Below, piece by piece: positions 36,720 to 48,012 of a DNA stretch of 64,000 nt. A model generated the notes under the pieces. That model was given only the letters and a program-made list of their open reading frames with translations, was not told the origin of the DNA and did no database searches. The translations under genes were made by a program, and so were the position numbers. Source of the DNA: an uncultured Pseudomonadota bacterium (GTDB lineage Bacteria; Pseudomonadota; Alphaproteobacteria; Rs-D84); contig CAMOGA010000001.1 of assembly GCA_946613885.1 (NCBI GenBank), forward strand, positions 23,640 through 87,639, given 5' to 3'. Numbering within the stretch: position 1 is the first letter of the stretch; each line of letters opens with the position of its first letter.

Positions 36720-39700
36720 TTACAAATCCAACAATTGTTGTTCTTTACCACCGTCACGGGCCAATTTTTCGGCACGTTCTTCTTCTTTTGCGATTTCACG
36801 AACGCGACGAACATAGGCACCTGTTCCGATTGGAATCAAACGACCAACAATCAAGTTTTCATTTACACCAACCAATTTATCGGTTGCACCACTGATTGCG
36901 GCATCCACCAAAACCTTGGTTGTTTGTTGGAACGATGCGTTGGATATAAACGAACGTGAAGTTAAAGACGCACGGGTCAAACCAACCAACACCTGAGATG
37001 CAGTTGCAACACGACCGCCATCTTTGGCAACACGTGCATTTTCTTCTTCGAAATCAACACGATCAACAACTGCCCCGCCCAAGAACGAAGTATCACCTGG
37101 ATCGCTGATTTCGACACGACGTGTCATTTCACGTATCAAAATTTCGATATGTTTGTCATTGATAGACACACCCTGCAAACGATAAACCTGTTGCACTTGT
37201 TCCACCATAAATTGTGCCAATGCCTTTTGACCCAAGATACGCAAGATGTCTTGTGGTACAGGATCACCATCGACCAATTTATCTGCTTTGCGAACAGTAT
37301 CGCCGCTGCGAACCAATAAATTTGTTCCCTTTGGCACAGCATATTCCACAGGTGCGGTTCCATCTGATGGTTCGATACGAATAATAATCTTTGATTTCGC
37401 ATCTTCCAATTCGATGGTACCGTCAACCTCTGCCAATAATGCAGGATTCGCAGGACGACGGATTTCTAACAACTCTTCCACACGTGGCAAACCACCGGTA
37501 ATATCGCCTGTTTTCTTGGTTTGTACCGGGATACGCGCCAAAACATCACCTGCATTAATTTTATCCCCATTTGATACGTTCAATGTTGAATACGTTGGTA
37601 ATAAATATTCAGCAATCTTCTTACCACCCAAAGATATTACATTACCTTTGTCATCAACAATACGGATAGATGGGCTTAATGCCTTTTTGGTATTTGTTTT
37701 CCAGTTTATAACTTTGCGTGAAACGATACCTGTAATTGCATCCATTTCTTCTTGATAAGAAACGTTTTCAATTAAATCGTTAAACGCCACAAATCCATCT
37801 TTTTCAGCAATAATTGTATTGGAATATGGATCCCATTCCGCAACCTTTTGTCCTTTGGCGACGGTATCACCATCATTGACCAATAACATTGATGCGTATG
37901 GCAATGCAACACTGAACAATTCTTTACCAGAATTATCCACTACGCCGATTTTACCAGTACGTGATAAAACTACCACACGACCGGCAGAATTTTTAATTGT
38001 GTTAACATTGTCCAACTTGATTTTTCCAGCAACTGGCATTTCGATAAAGTGAGATTCAGAATTACCTTCTGCAATACCACCAATATGGAAGGTACGCAAC
38101 GTCAACTGAGTCCCAGGTTCACCAATTGATTGACCAGCAATCAAACCAACTGCTTCGCCAACATGAACCAATGCGTTTCTGGACAAATCCATACCATAAC
38201 ATTTTGCACACAAACCATCACTTTGACATGTCAAAACACTACGCACATCAACAGATGGCAAACCAGATTCATTGATTTGGCGTGCTGCTGCTTTGGTCAC
38301 CAATTCACCGGCTGGCACAATAACTTCTTTGGTTATTGGATGAACAATATCGTGCGCGGCTGTACGACCCAACACAACATCACCCAACGGAACAGTTAAT
38401 GTAGAACCCTGATATACTGGTTTTGCAGTAATAAATTCATGCGTTCCACAATCATGTTCTGTGATAACAGTGTTAATTGCCAAATCAACCAAACGACGTG
38501 TTAAATATCCAGCTGTAGCGGTCTTTAAAGCCGTATCCGACATACCTTTACGCGCACCGTGTGTTGATGTAAAGTATTCAGACATGGTCAGACCTTCTTT
38601 AAAGTTCGAAATAATTGGAACTTCGATAATAGAACCGTCTGGTTTCTGCATCATACCACGCATACCTGCCAACTGCTGAATCTGACCCTTAGAACCACGC
38701 GCGCCAGACAAAGCCATCATATGAATTGAATTCCAATTTTCACCTGTGGTATTGCCTAATGATGCATATGCTTTATCACCTAATTCATCGGTTGTATGTT
38801 GCCACAAATCGATTAATTTGTTATGACGTTCACCACTGGACAGCAAACCATTTTGATACTGATTTTCAATTTCTGCCGCTGCCTTTTCAGATTTTTCGAT
38901 GATTGCTTCTTTGTCACTTGGAACAACGATATCATCAAATCCAATGGAAATACCACTGCGCACCGCTTGTTCAAAACCGGTATCTTTCAACGCGTCAGCC
39001 AACAAAATCATTGCCTTGTCGCCACATTTTTCGTATGTTGCAGCCAACAATTTTTTGATTTCTTTCACAGGCATAACTTTGTTCACAGAATCAAATGGCA
39101 TACCCGCTGGTAATAATTGTCCCAAAATCATACGACCCGCAGTTGTTGCATATTTTTGACCATTAACACGTGCATAAATTGGCGTATGTAATGTGATTGC
39201 ATGATTGTCCAAAGCCATTTGCACTTCGTCCATATTTGCAAAACGTGGTGATTTCTTTTCATCATGTTCACCATTTATCAAAGATATATAGTAAACACCC
39301 AACACCATGTCCTGAGATGGAACAGTCATTGGTTCACCATTTGCAGGTGATAATACGTTATTTGTTGATAACATCAATGTACGCGCTTCCAATTGTGCTT
39401 CCAATGAAATTGGAACATGTACTGACATCTGGTCACCGTCAAAGTCCGCATTGAATCCCTTGCAAACCAATGGATGTAAACGAATTGCCTTGCCTTCTAT
39501 CAAGACCGGTTCAAACGCAATCAATGACAATCTGTGCAAAGATGGCGCACGGTTTAACAATACAGGATGTTGATAAATAACTTTTTCCAAAATTTCCCAT
39601 ACAATATCTTCGCCGTTTTCAACCATTCTGCGTGCAGTTTTCAACGTATTTGCATAATCGCCAGCCATTAATTTTGCAAAAACAAATGGTTTAAACAATT

Positions 39701-40826
39701 CCAAAGCCATCGTTTTTGGCAAACCAACCTGGTGCATACGCAATGTTGGCCCAGGTGTAATAACACTACGACCCGAATAATCCACACGTTTACCCAACAT
39801 GTTCATACGGAAACGCCCCTGTTTACCACGCAAAGAATCAGATAATGATTTCAACGGACGACGATTCTGAGAAACCATCGGACGTGCCTTGTGGCTGTTA
39901 TCAAACAAAGAATCTACTGCTTCCTGCAACATACGTTTTTCGTTACGAACGATAATTTCAGGCGCATGCATTTCCATAAATCTTTTCAAACGATTATTAC
40001 GGATAATCACACGACGATACAAATCATTTAAATCAGACGAAGCCACATGCCCCGCATCCAAATTAACCAATGGGCGCATATCTGGTGGAATTACTGGAAT
40101 AATATCCGGCAACATCCATTGTGGTTCGGTCTTAGAATCCAAAAATGATTCAACCAATTTCAATTGTTTGATAATCATTTTGCGTTTTGATTCAGATTTT
40201 GTTTCTGCCAATTCAGCACGCAAACGGGTTCTTTCATCACCCATATCCAAATTTGCGATAATGGAACGAATACCTTCTGCACCAATGCCAACATGGAAAG
40301 AATCTTCACCGAATTCTTCGATTGCATTTTGATATTCATCTTCGCTGATGACATCATATTGTTTCAAACTGGTTAATCCAGGTTCTGTCACGATATAGGC
40401 ATCGTATGAAATAACCTGTTCCAATTTCTTTTGTGGTAAATTGTTTAACAAAGTGGCAATTTTACCTTCGCGTAAAAACCAAGTGTGCGCCACAGGAATT
40501 GCCAATTTAATATGTCCCATACGTTCACGACGTACCGCCGAAGAACCAACTTCGACCCCGCAACGTTCACAAACAACACCACGGAATTTTATACGTTTAT
40601 ATTTTCCGCACGCACATTCATAATCTTTAACAGGCCCAAAGATTTGTTGACAGAACAAACCTTCCGCTTCTGGTTTCAAGGAATGATAATTGATAGTTTC
40701 TGGTTTTTTTACTTCACCATGCGACCATGAAAGAATTTCTTCTGGGGACGCGATAGAAATACGCAGAGCATCAAATTGTTCCTTGGTTTCTATTTGTCCA
40801 AATATCTTTTGCAACATATTTGTCAT
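36720..40826 (-). CDS. rpoC: DNA-directed RNA polymerase subunit beta'.
   Basis: Length 1368 aa. The N-terminal zinc-finger region CACGKYKRIKFRGVVCERCGVEV and the NADFDGD catalytic motif. Confidence 0.95.
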   Translation of the reverse strand: MTNMLQKIFGQIETKEQFDALRISIASPEEILSWSHGEVKKPETINYHSLKPEAEGLFCQQIFGPVKDYECACGKYKRIKFRGVVCERCGVEVGSSAVRRERMGHIKLAIPVAHTWFLREGKIATLLNNLPQKKLEQVISYDAYIVTEPGLTSLKQYDVISEDEYQNAIEEFGEDSFHVGIGAEGIRSIIANLDMGDERTRLRAELAETKSESKRKMIIKQLKLVESFLDSKTEPQWMLPDIIPVIPPDMRPLVNLDAGHVASSDLNDLYRRVIIRNNRLKRFMEMHAPEIIVRNEKRMLQEAVDSLFDNSHKARPMVSQNRRPLKSLSDSLRGKQGRFRMNMLGKRVDYSGRSVITPGPTLRMHQVGLPKTMALELFKPFVFAKLMAGDYANTLKTARRMVENGEDIVWEILEKVIYQHPVLLNRAPSLHRLSLIAFEPVLIEGKAIRLHPLVCKGFNADFDGDQMSVHVPISLEAQLEARTLMLSTNNVLSPANGEPMTVPSQDMVLGVYYISLINGEHDEKKSPRFANMDEVQMALDNHAITLHTPIYARVNGQKYATTAGRMILGQLLPAGMPFDSVNKVMPVKEIKKLLAATYEKCGDKAMILLADALKDTGFEQAVRSGISIGFDDIVVPSDKEAIIEKSEKAAAEIENQYQNGLLSSGERHNKLIDLWQHTTDELGDKAYASLGNTTGENWNSIHMMALSGARGSKGQIQQLAGMRGMMQKPDGSIIEVPIISNFKEGLTMSEYFTSTHGARKGMSDTALKTATAGYLTRRLVDLAINTVITEHDCGTHEFITAKPVYQGSTLTVPLGDVVLGRTAAHDIVHPITKEVIVPAGELVTKAAARQINESGLPSVDVRSVLTCQSDGLCAKCYGMDLSRNALVHVGEAVGLIAGQSIGEPGTQLTLRTFHIGGIAEGNSESHFIEMPVAGKIKLDNVNTIKNSAGRVVVLSRTGKIGVVDNSGKELFSVALPYASMLLVNDGDTVAKGQKVAEWDPYSNTIIAEKDGFVAFNDLIENVSYQEEMDAITGIVSRKVINWKTNTKKALSPSIRIVDDKGNVISLGGKKIAEYLLPTYSTLNVSNGDKINAGDVLARIPVQTKKTGDITGGLPRVEELLEIRRPANPALLAEVDGTIELEDAKSKIIIRIEPSDGTAPVEYAVPKGTNLLVRSGDTVRKADKLVDGDPVPQDILRILGQKALAQFMVEQVQQVYRLQGVSINDKHIEILIREMTRRVEISDPGDTSFLGGAVVDRVDFEEENARVAKDGGRVATASQVLVGLTRASLTSRSFISNASFQQTTKVLVDAAISGATDKLVGVNENLIVGRLIPIGTGAYVRRVREIAKEEERAEKLARDGGKEQQLLDL

Positions 40827-40903
40827 TTGTTTTTGCTCCTTTTAGTCACTAAAAGTGCCTTGTGGCCGGCGAACAATTTTAACATTGTCCGTTGGCCCGG
40901 CCA

Positions 40904-43900
40904 CTAGTCCATTTTTTTCGGGTTTAACGCCAAACCCAAACCACGCAATTCGCGCACCAAAACATTAAATGCCTCTGGTGTGCCCATTTGAATATCGTTA
41001 TTGCCAGAAATAATAGATTCATACATCTTGTTTCTGCCAACGATATCGTCGGATTTGACAGTTAACATTTCACGCAACAGGTGTGCTGCACCGTGCGCTT
41101 CCAATGCCCAAACTTCCATTTCACCCAATCTCTGACCACCCATGTGTGCCTTACCAGACAATGGCTGTTGTGTGACCAAAGAATAATTACCGGTTGAACG
41201 TGCATGAATCTTTTCATCAACCAAATGATGCAATTTCATCATGTACATTACACCAACCGTCACAGGGCGTGCAAATTTTTCACCGGTGACACCATCATAC
41301 AATGTAAATTGTCCAGATTCTGGTAATTTAGCCAATTTTAACAATGCCTTGATTTCTTCTGGTGTTGCACCATCAAACGTCGGGGTTGACATTGGAACAC
41401 CATTACGCAACAAAGCGGCCTGGGCACGGACATCTGTATCCGTCATTTTTTCCAATTTTTCTGCAACCTGTTTGCCATAAATCTTACCCATAACAGCGCG
41501 CAAATCATCCGTCACTGCACGTTTTTGTTTTACTTCGTCCAGAACATCACCGATTTGTTTACCCAACGCACGCGCAGCCATCCCCAAGTGGGTTTCAAAA
41601 ATCTGCCCAATGTTCATACGGCTTGGCACACCCAAAGGATTCAATACGATATCAATTGGTGTCCCATCTTCCATATATGGCATATCTTCGATTGGAACAA
41701 CGCGGGATACAATACCCTTGTTTCCATGACGACCTGCCATTTTATCACCTGGCTGTAATTTCATTTTGTGAGCGATGTAAACTTTGACTTCTTTCAAAAC
41801 ACCGGCACCCAAAGTTGTGCTTTCTGTTGCCTTGGCGATTTCAGCATCCGCACGTTCATTTAATTCTTGTAATTTCAAAACATGCTGTTCGCGCAATTCG
41901 TCAATCTTTGATTGAACTTCTTTATTTGAAACAACCAATTTTTTCATATCAGACGCACGAATACCCTCAAACACTTCGGCGGTCAATTTTTTACCGATAA
42001 ATGGTTTCAAACTGCCTGTCCCTGCGGAAATTGTTGCATTTTCAGCCAATTGGAATATTTGGTCTGCAAATCCATTTTCAACAATTTTCGTTTCTTCGTC
42101 ACGTTGTTTATTAATTGCTTCTATTTTTTGCAATTCAATCATTTGTGTTCTGTCATCTTTTTTAACACCATGACGTGTTAAAACATTAACGCCAATAACA
42201 GTACCTTCTTCGTTTGGACCAACCTTTAACGAAGTGTCTTTGACGTTCAGTGCTTTTTCACCAAAGATATTACGCAACAGTGCTTCTTCTGGCGTTAACA
42301 AAGTTTCAGATTTTGGCGACACACGACCAACCAAAATATCACCCTGTTTTACACGTGCACCGACATAAATCATACCGGATTCGTCCAAATTCTTCAATGC
42401 TTCTTCGCTGACATTTGGAATATCACGAGTGAAACTTTCTGGGCCTAATTGTGTATCACGCAATTTAATTTCTTTTTCAACGATTTTTATAGATGTGTAA
42501 ACATCATCACGTGAAATACGTTCAGAAATCACAATCGCGTCTTCATAGTTATAACCACGCCATGGCACAAAAGCGACCAATACATTGCGACCCAACGCCA
42601 ATTCACCATAGTTCATAGAAGAACCGTCCGCGATAATATCACCTGTGGAAATTCTGTCGCCAACATGAACCAATGGTTTTTGATGCACCAATGTTTCGCC
42701 ATTTGAACGACCAAATTTTTCCAGGTTGTAAATATCCACACCGGTCACAACATTACGTGAATTCATACATTTCACCACGATACGATTTGCATCCACAGAT
42801 TCGACAATACCACTGTGTTTTGCAACCTTACCTGTTCTGGAATCACGTGCCACTTCGCGTTCAATACCTGTACCAACCAATGGTGCCTCAACACGCATTA
42901 ATGGTACACCCTGACGTTGCATGTTTGAACCCATCAACGCACGGTTCGCGTCATCGTTTGCAACGAACGGTATCAACCCAGTTGCAATAGATACCACCTG
43001 ACGTGGTGCCACGTCGATTAAATCAATTTCATCTTTTGGTATCATGGTAAATTCACCATCAACACGTGCCGTCACCATATCTTCAGCCAAAACCCCAGAC
43101 GATGTTGTAGGTGTGTTTCCTTGGGCAATTTTATGACCCAATTCTTCATCGGCAGTTAAATACACCATTTCATCTGTGATTTTACTGTTTTTAACAACAT
43201 AATACGGTGTTTCAATGAATCCGTACGGATTAACACGCGCATAAGATGCCAAATGGGAAATCAATCCAATATTTGCACCTTCTGGTGTATGAATTGGGCA
43301 CAATCTACCATAATGTGTTGGATGAACGTCACGCACATCGATACCCGCACGTTCACGGTTCAACCCACCAGGCCCCAACGCAGAAATCAAACGTTTATGT
43401 TCTACCTCTGCCAATGGGTTATAAGAATCCATAAATTGTGATAATTGTGATGTTCCCAAAAATTCCGTCACCAATGCCATCAAAGGTTTCGCATTAATAA
43501 CATCTTGTGGTTGCATTGTTGCGATATTTGGTGAAGTTAAACTTTCACGAACTAATCTTTCAATACGCAACATACCATTACGGAACGTTTGTTCAAACAA
43601 TTCGCCAACTGTACGAACACGACGATTAGACAAATTATCAATATCATCAATAACATCTTTGTGATCGATAATATTTGTTAATGTCTTTAACACCGCCAAG
43701 AAATCTGTTTTGGTCAATGTGCGTTCATCTTCTGGTTTTTTACCGGAATCAATTTTCAAACGTTTGTTCATTTTGAAACGACCAACCGCAGACAAATCAT
43801 AATAAGCCGGATCAAAACCTTGACGCAAGAACAAATTCAACGCCGCTTCAACTGTTGGACGTTCACCTGGACGTATTAAATCATAAATTGCGATTAATGC

Positions 43901-45040
43901 TTCATCACGGCTGGATGTTTTATCTGCCATCAACGTATTACGCATATGTGATGTGATTGTCGTATTATCGATTGAAATTATAGAAATGTTTTTAACACCC
44001 AATTTTTCCAATTCGTTTAATACTTCGTCTGTGATTTCTGTGCCTTCTGGGAATAAAACATCTTCGCCATTTTTAACAGCACCGAACAAATATTCGCCAA
44101 TCAAAGCATCACGTTCAACACCAAACTTCTTAGATGTCGCAGCAATCTTTGCCAAACGTTTTGCATTTAAACGATCGCCTTTTGATGCCAGTACTTTTTT
44201 ATCTTTTGGATTAATCAAATCATAATTCAAGCGATATTTATCCAATCCTTCAAAACTAGCAACATCACCGACCCACAATTTTCCTTCGAAAGTTAACGGA
44301 ATTTTTTTGTAAAAATTCGATAAAATTTCTTCGGCATCCATACCTTTAATTGCTGTTTTATGTGGATCGTCAGCAAACTTCTTTTCATCAGATGCCGCCG
44401 GCAAACAACGTAACAACACAGTCGCAGGTATCTTGCGTCTGCGATCGATACGAACATAAATAATACCTTTGGATTCTTCAAAATCAATCCACGAACCGTG
44501 TTCTGGAATTATACGACCAGTATAGGTTTCTGGATTTCCGGCAATTTTTGCTTCCTTAGTAGTTCCAAATACCACACCCTGGGCACGGTGCATTTGTGAT
44601 ACAACGACACGTTCCACACCTGCGGCGATAAAACTGCCGCGTTCTGTCATCAATGGAACATCGCCCATAAATATTTCTTGTTCTTTGATATCGCGCAAAG
44701 TTTTTTTACCGTCTTCTGCAATATCCCATAAAATCAATCTCAGCTTCAATTTCAGTTTGCTGGAATATGTCATATTACGCAGCATACATTCTTGAACATT
44801 ATACACAGGTTTATCCAATGTATATTCGATAAATTCCAAATCTGCGATTCCTGCATAATCTTTGATAGGAAACATAGATTTAAATACATTTTGCAACCCC
44901 ATATTTTTTCTGTTTTCTGGGGCCACGTCTGCCTGCAAGAAATCTCTGTAAGAATTGTATTGAATTTCAACCAAATCAGGAAGCGGAGTTTGCAAAAAAC
45001 TTTTACCAAAAGATTTTCTAAGTTTCTGAATAACTGCCAT
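40904..45040 (-). CDS. rpoB: DNA-directed RNA polymerase subunit beta.
   Basis: Length 1378 aa. Conserved blocks GTSQLSQFMD, ALGPGGL and PIHTPEG. Confidence 0.95.
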   Translation of the reverse strand: MAVIQKLRKSFGKSFLQTPLPDLVEIQYNSYRDFLQADVAPENRKNMGLQNVFKSMFPIKDYAGIADLEFIEYTLDKPVYNVQECMLRNMTYSSKLKLKLRLILWDIAEDGKKTLRDIKEQEIFMGDVPLMTERGSFIAAGVERVVVSQMHRAQGVVFGTTKEAKIAGNPETYTGRIIPEHGSWIDFEESKGIIYVRIDRRRKIPATVLLRCLPAASDEKKFADDPHKTAIKGMDAEEILSNFYKKIPLTFEGKLWVGDVASFEGLDKYRLNYDLINPKDKKVLASKGDRLNAKRLAKIAATSKKFGVERDALIGEYLFGAVKNGEDVLFPEGTEITDEVLNELEKLGVKNISIISIDNTTITSHMRNTLMADKTSSRDEALIAIYDLIRPGERPTVEAALNLFLRQGFDPAYYDLSAVGRFKMNKRLKIDSGKKPEDERTLTKTDFLAVLKTLTNIIDHKDVIDDIDNLSNRRVRTVGELFEQTFRNGMLRIERLVRESLTSPNIATMQPQDVINAKPLMALVTEFLGTSQLSQFMDSYNPLAEVEHKRLISALGPGGLNRERAGIDVRDVHPTHYGRLCPIHTPEGANIGLISHLASYARVNPYGFIETPYYVVKNSKITDEMVYLTADEELGHKIAQGNTPTTSSGVLAEDMVTARVDGEFTMIPKDEIDLIDVAPRQVVSIATGLIPFVANDDANRALMGSNMQRQGVPLMRVEAPLVGTGIEREVARDSRTGKVAKHSGIVESVDANRIVVKCMNSRNVVTGVDIYNLEKFGRSNGETLVHQKPLVHVGDRISTGDIIADGSSMNYGELALGRNVLVAFVPWRGYNYEDAIVISERISRDDVYTSIKIVEKEIKLRDTQLGPESFTRDIPNVSEEALKNLDESGMIYVGARVKQGDILVGRVSPKSETLLTPEEALLRNIFGEKALNVKDTSLKVGPNEEGTVIGVNVLTRHGVKKDDRTQMIELQKIEAINKQRDEETKIVENGFADQIFQLAENATISAGTGSLKPFIGKKLTAEVFEGIRASDMKKLVVSNKEVQSKIDELREQHVLKLQELNERADAEIAKATESTTLGAGVLKEVKVYIAHKMKLQPGDKMAGRHGNKGIVSRVVPIEDMPYMEDGTPIDIVLNPLGVPSRMNIGQIFETHLGMAARALGKQIGDVLDEVKQKRAVTDDLRAVMGKIYGKQVAEKLEKMTDTDVRAQAALLRNGVPMSTPTFDGATPEEIKALLKLAKLPESGQFTLYDGVTGEKFARPVTVGVMYMMKLHHLVDEKIHARSTGNYSLVTQQPLSGKAHMGGQRLGEMEVWALEAHGAAHLLREMLTVKSDDIVGRNKMYESIISGNNDIQMGTPEAFNVLVRELRGLGLALNPKKMD

Positions 45041-45214
45041 GTTCTGAATCCTTTTTATTTGTCTCTTCTGTGTTTTTATTTTGCAAACGAAAAAAGTGTA
45101 TCACCTTTTACGCCTGTGTGCCCGCCACAGAATTTTACATCCTTGGCGGGCGGCGAAATCGCACAAATGTGCAATTTTTTATTTTTTAGGAATCGTTAGA
45201 TTCCACAACGCAAA
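45041..45214 (-). promoter_or_regulatory. rplL-rpoB intergenic region with a GC hairpin (partial terminator or attenuator).
   Basis: Minus-strand hairpin gccgcccgccaagg...ctgtggcgggc between the rplL stop and the rpoB start, as in other bacteria. Confidence 0.4.
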
Positions 45215-45583
45215 TTATTTCATTTCAACCTTTGCGCCAGCAGCTTCTAATGTTGCTTTCATTTTTTCAGCTTCATCTTTTGCAACTGCTTCTTTTACAG
45301 CTTTTGGTGCAGATTCAACCAATGCTTTGGCTTCACCTAAACCCAAACCTGTGATATCTTTAACAGCTTTGATAACAGCCAATTTGTTTGCGCCAACATC
45401 TGTCAACACAACATCAAATTCTGTTTTTTCTTCAGCCGCAGCACCAGCAGCAGGACCAGCAGCAACTGCAACAGCAGCAGCAGCACTTACGCCCCATGTT
45501 TCTTCTAATGCTTTTGATAATTCAACTGCTTCTTGAACAGTTAATTTTGACAATTCTTCAACGATTTTTTGAATATCTGCCAT
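45215..45583 (-). CDS. rplL: 50S ribosomal protein L7/L12.
   Basis: Length 122 aa. Ala-rich hinge. C-terminal domain [19 protein letters not shown]. Confidence 0.9.
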   Translation of the reverse strand: MADIQKIVEELSKLTVQEAVELSKALEETWGVSAAAAVAVAAGPAAGAAAEEKTEFDVVLTDVGANKLAVIKAVKDITGLGLGEAKALVESAPKAVKEAVAKDEAEKMKATLEAAGAKVEMK

Positions 45584-45606
45584 TTTTTTACTCCTTGTGA
45601 GTTATA

Positions 45607-46086
45607 TTAATCTTGTTTTTTTCCATATTCTGCGGAAACACGCGCCAAACGAGATGCTGGTTCTATCAATATACGCGCGATAGTACCACGGATTTCCAAC
45701 AGTGATGGAAGCTTGGATAATTGCACAACGCCGTTCACATCCAGAAGTTCTGCGTCCATCTTACCACCCAAAATAGTTAAATTTTGGTGTTCTTCGGCAA
45801 ATTTAGCCAAAACTTTGGTGACCGCCAACGCATCTGTTGCGATTGCAACCGCTGTTGGGTGTTTCATCAAATCGGACACAGGTTCAAAATTGGTATCTTT
45901 CAACGCCAATTTCATCAAACGGTTTTTGACAACTTTAAACAAAGAAACTTTATCACGTAATTCATTACGCAAAATTTCCATTTCTTTAACTGTCAAACCA
46001 TGGTTTTCAATAACGAAAACACCGTCTGCTTCTTTCAAGGACGACTGCAACGCTGAAATCAGGTCTGATTTTTGTTCGCGTCTCAT
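45607..46086 (-). CDS. rplJ: 50S ribosomal protein L10.
   Basis: Length 159 aa. Sits in the rplJ-rplL arrangement. Confidence 0.9.
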   Translation of the reverse strand: MRREQKSDLISALQSSLKEADGVFVIENHGLTVKEMEILRNELRDKVSLFKVVKNRLMKLALKDTNFEPVSDLMKHPTAVAIATDALAVTKVLAKFAEEHQNLTILGGKMDAELLDVNGVVQLSKLPSLLEIRGTIARILIEPASRLARVSAEYGKKQD

Positions 46087-46263
46087 CTTTATATATCCTT
46101 TTAAGCTTTTTGTTAACTTTCCATCTGTGGTTTCCCACGGGTGGGGCCTGTACTTCCTGCCCCAAAGAAATCTTTTCTTTGTCTATGATGGAAATTAAGT
46201 GATTTTCTTCACACCATCAGTCACGGACAGAAATCTGCTTTTTGGTGGGTTGCCCCACCAAAA
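46087..46263 (-). promoter_or_regulatory. rplJ (L10) leader region, a putative autoregulatory L10(L12)4-binding structure.
   Basis: A structured intergenic region of 177 nt between rplA and rplJ, with the inverted repeat ggtggggcaac...gttgccccacc. Inferred from position. Confidence 0.4.
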
Positions 46264-46938
46264 TTATTTTACATCCACACGAACGCCTGGACCCTGGGTT
46301 GTCGCAACAGACACACCCAATATATATTGTCCCTTGGCGGACGCTGGTTTAACCTTTTTCAATTGTTCAATCAATGCATTTGCATTTTCGACCAATTTAT
46401 CAGTTGCAAAAGACATTTTACCGATACCGGCATGAATAATACCGTTCTTTTCTGCACGATATTCAATTTGTCCGGCCTTGGCATTTGCGATTGCTTCGGC
46501 AACGTTGTTTGTGACCGTACCTAATTTTGGATTTGGCATCAAACCCTTTGGTCCCAAAACACGTGCAACCTTAGACATTTTTGGCATCATATCAGGTGTT
46601 GCAATAACACGATCAAAATCCAAAAATCCATTTGCAACTTTGTCAATTAAATCTTCGCCACCGACAACATCTGCACCGGCTTTTTTTGCATCTTCTTGGC
46701 TGTTTAATGTGAACACTGCAACACGGACAGATTTACCAGTACCATTTGGCAAAGACAACATTCCACGAATGTTTTGATCTGCCTTGGTCACATCAATACC
46801 TAATTTGATGGCTATTTCCAAACTTTCATCAAATTTAGAAGAACAAAAACCACGCAAAGTTTCGATTGCTTCATTTAATGTATAAACTTTTTTTGCATCC
46901 AATGTGGACCAAGTTTTCTTTCTTTTTGTAATTTTCAT
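46264..46938 (-). CDS. rplA: 50S ribosomal protein L1.
   Basis: Length 224 aa. Sits in the rplK-rplA arrangement. Confidence 0.9.
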   Translation of the reverse strand: MKITKRKKTWSTLDAKKVYTLNEAIETLRGFCSSKFDESLEIAIKLGIDVTKADQNIRGMLSLPNGTGKSVRVAVFTLNSQEDAKKAGADVVGGEDLIDKVANGFLDFDRVIATPDMMPKMSKVARVLGPKGLMPNPKLGTVTNNVAEAIANAKAGQIEYRAEKNGIIHAGIGKMSFATDKLVENANALIEQLKKVKPASAKGQYILGVSVATTQGPGVRVDVK

Positions 46939-46941
46939 TGC

Positions 46942-47373
46942 TTAGTCCTCCACTTTTACACCCATTGAACGGCATTGACCGGCAACAATATTCATTGCAG
47001 ATTCAACTGTAGAACAATTCAAATCCGGCATTTTGTTTTTTGCAATTTCTTCGATTTGCGCTTTTGAAATTGTGCCAACAAAATCACGACCTGGTTTCTT
47101 AGAACCAGATTTGATTTTCAATGCTTTTTTAATGTAATAGGATACAGGTGGCAATTTCATAATAAATTCGAAACTGCGGTCTGTATAAACAGTAATTATG
47201 CAAGGAATCGGCATACCCGGTTCTTTGTCAGCCGTTTTATCATTAAATTGTTTGCAGAATTCTGCAATATTAACACCGGCTGCACCCAACGCTGGCCCAA
47301 TTGGTGGCGCAGGATTTGCTTGCTTTGCAGGGACGACTAATTTAACAATCCCTTTTAATTCTTTTTTTGCCAT
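46942..47373 (-). CDS. rplK: 50S ribosomal protein L11.
   Basis: Length 143 aa. PPIGPALG motif. Confidence 0.9.
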   Translation of the reverse strand: MAKKELKGIVKLVVPAKQANPAPPIGPALGAAGVNIAEFCKQFNDKTADKEPGMPIPCIITVYTDRSFEFIMKLPPVSYYIKKALKIKSGSKKPGRDFVGTISKAQIEEIAKNKMPDLNCSTVESAMNIVAGQCRSMGVKVED

Positions 47374-47451
47374 AATTCACTCCATTTTTTATTTGTTAGT
47401 GTCGTGGTTCGATGTGGCGCATCTACCACGTTTTTTTATTCAGTATTTCTA

Positions 47452-47997
47452 CTAAATCTTTTCAACCTGGGTAAAATCCAGTTCAACACTGGTTTCACGC
47501 CCAAACACCAAAATCGTCACAGTCATTTTTTGTTTCACATTATCAACATTAGATGCAATACCATTGAAATTTGCAAACGGTCCATCGATAACATGCACTT
47601 CTTGACCTTCTTGATATGTTGTATCTTCTGTGACAACAGAACCCTCTTCGACCTGTTTCAACAGGCGACGTGCTTCGGCTTCTGTGATTGGAATTGGTTT
47701 AGATTGGTTTTTAACCTTTTGCCCTAAAAACATAACAACCTGGGGCATTAATTTAACCAAAGAAAACGTTTCGTTATTCATAATCATTTGAACAACGATA
47801 TAACCTGGAAAAAACTTTTTTTCTGTTTTGACACGTTTTCCGGCTTTAACTTCCGAGACTTCGCGTGTTGGCACCAAAATTTCCCCGAAATAAGCATTTA
47901 ATTTACGTTTATCGATTTGTTCACGTAATTCACGTGCAACCTTGTCTTCACAAGCCGTATGAACATTAACAACATACCATTGCATTTTTTCTTCCAT
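47452..47997 (-). CDS. nusG: Transcription termination/antitermination factor NusG.
   Basis: NGN domain WYVVNVHTACE and a C-terminal KOW domain. An alternative start at 47985 (MQWYVV) is possible. Confidence 0.85.
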   Translation of the reverse strand: MEEKMQWYVVNVHTACEDKVARELREQIDKRKLNAYFGEILVPTREVSEVKAGKRVKTEKKFFPGYIVVQMIMNNETFSLVKLMPQVVMFLGQKVKNQSKPIPITEAEARRLLKQVEEGSVVTEDTTYQEGQEVHVIDGPFANFNGIASNVDNVKQKMTVTILVFGRETSVELDFTQVEKI

Positions 47998-48012
47998 TGC
48001 CCATTCCTTTGT

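Noticed and set aside
37136-45536. Numerous 60-170-aa ORFs on both strands inside rpoC, rpoB and rplL (for example 37246..37755, 42673..42990, 45081..45536).
   Set aside because: All are embedded in or antisense to highly conserved essential genes. They are typical frame artefacts.
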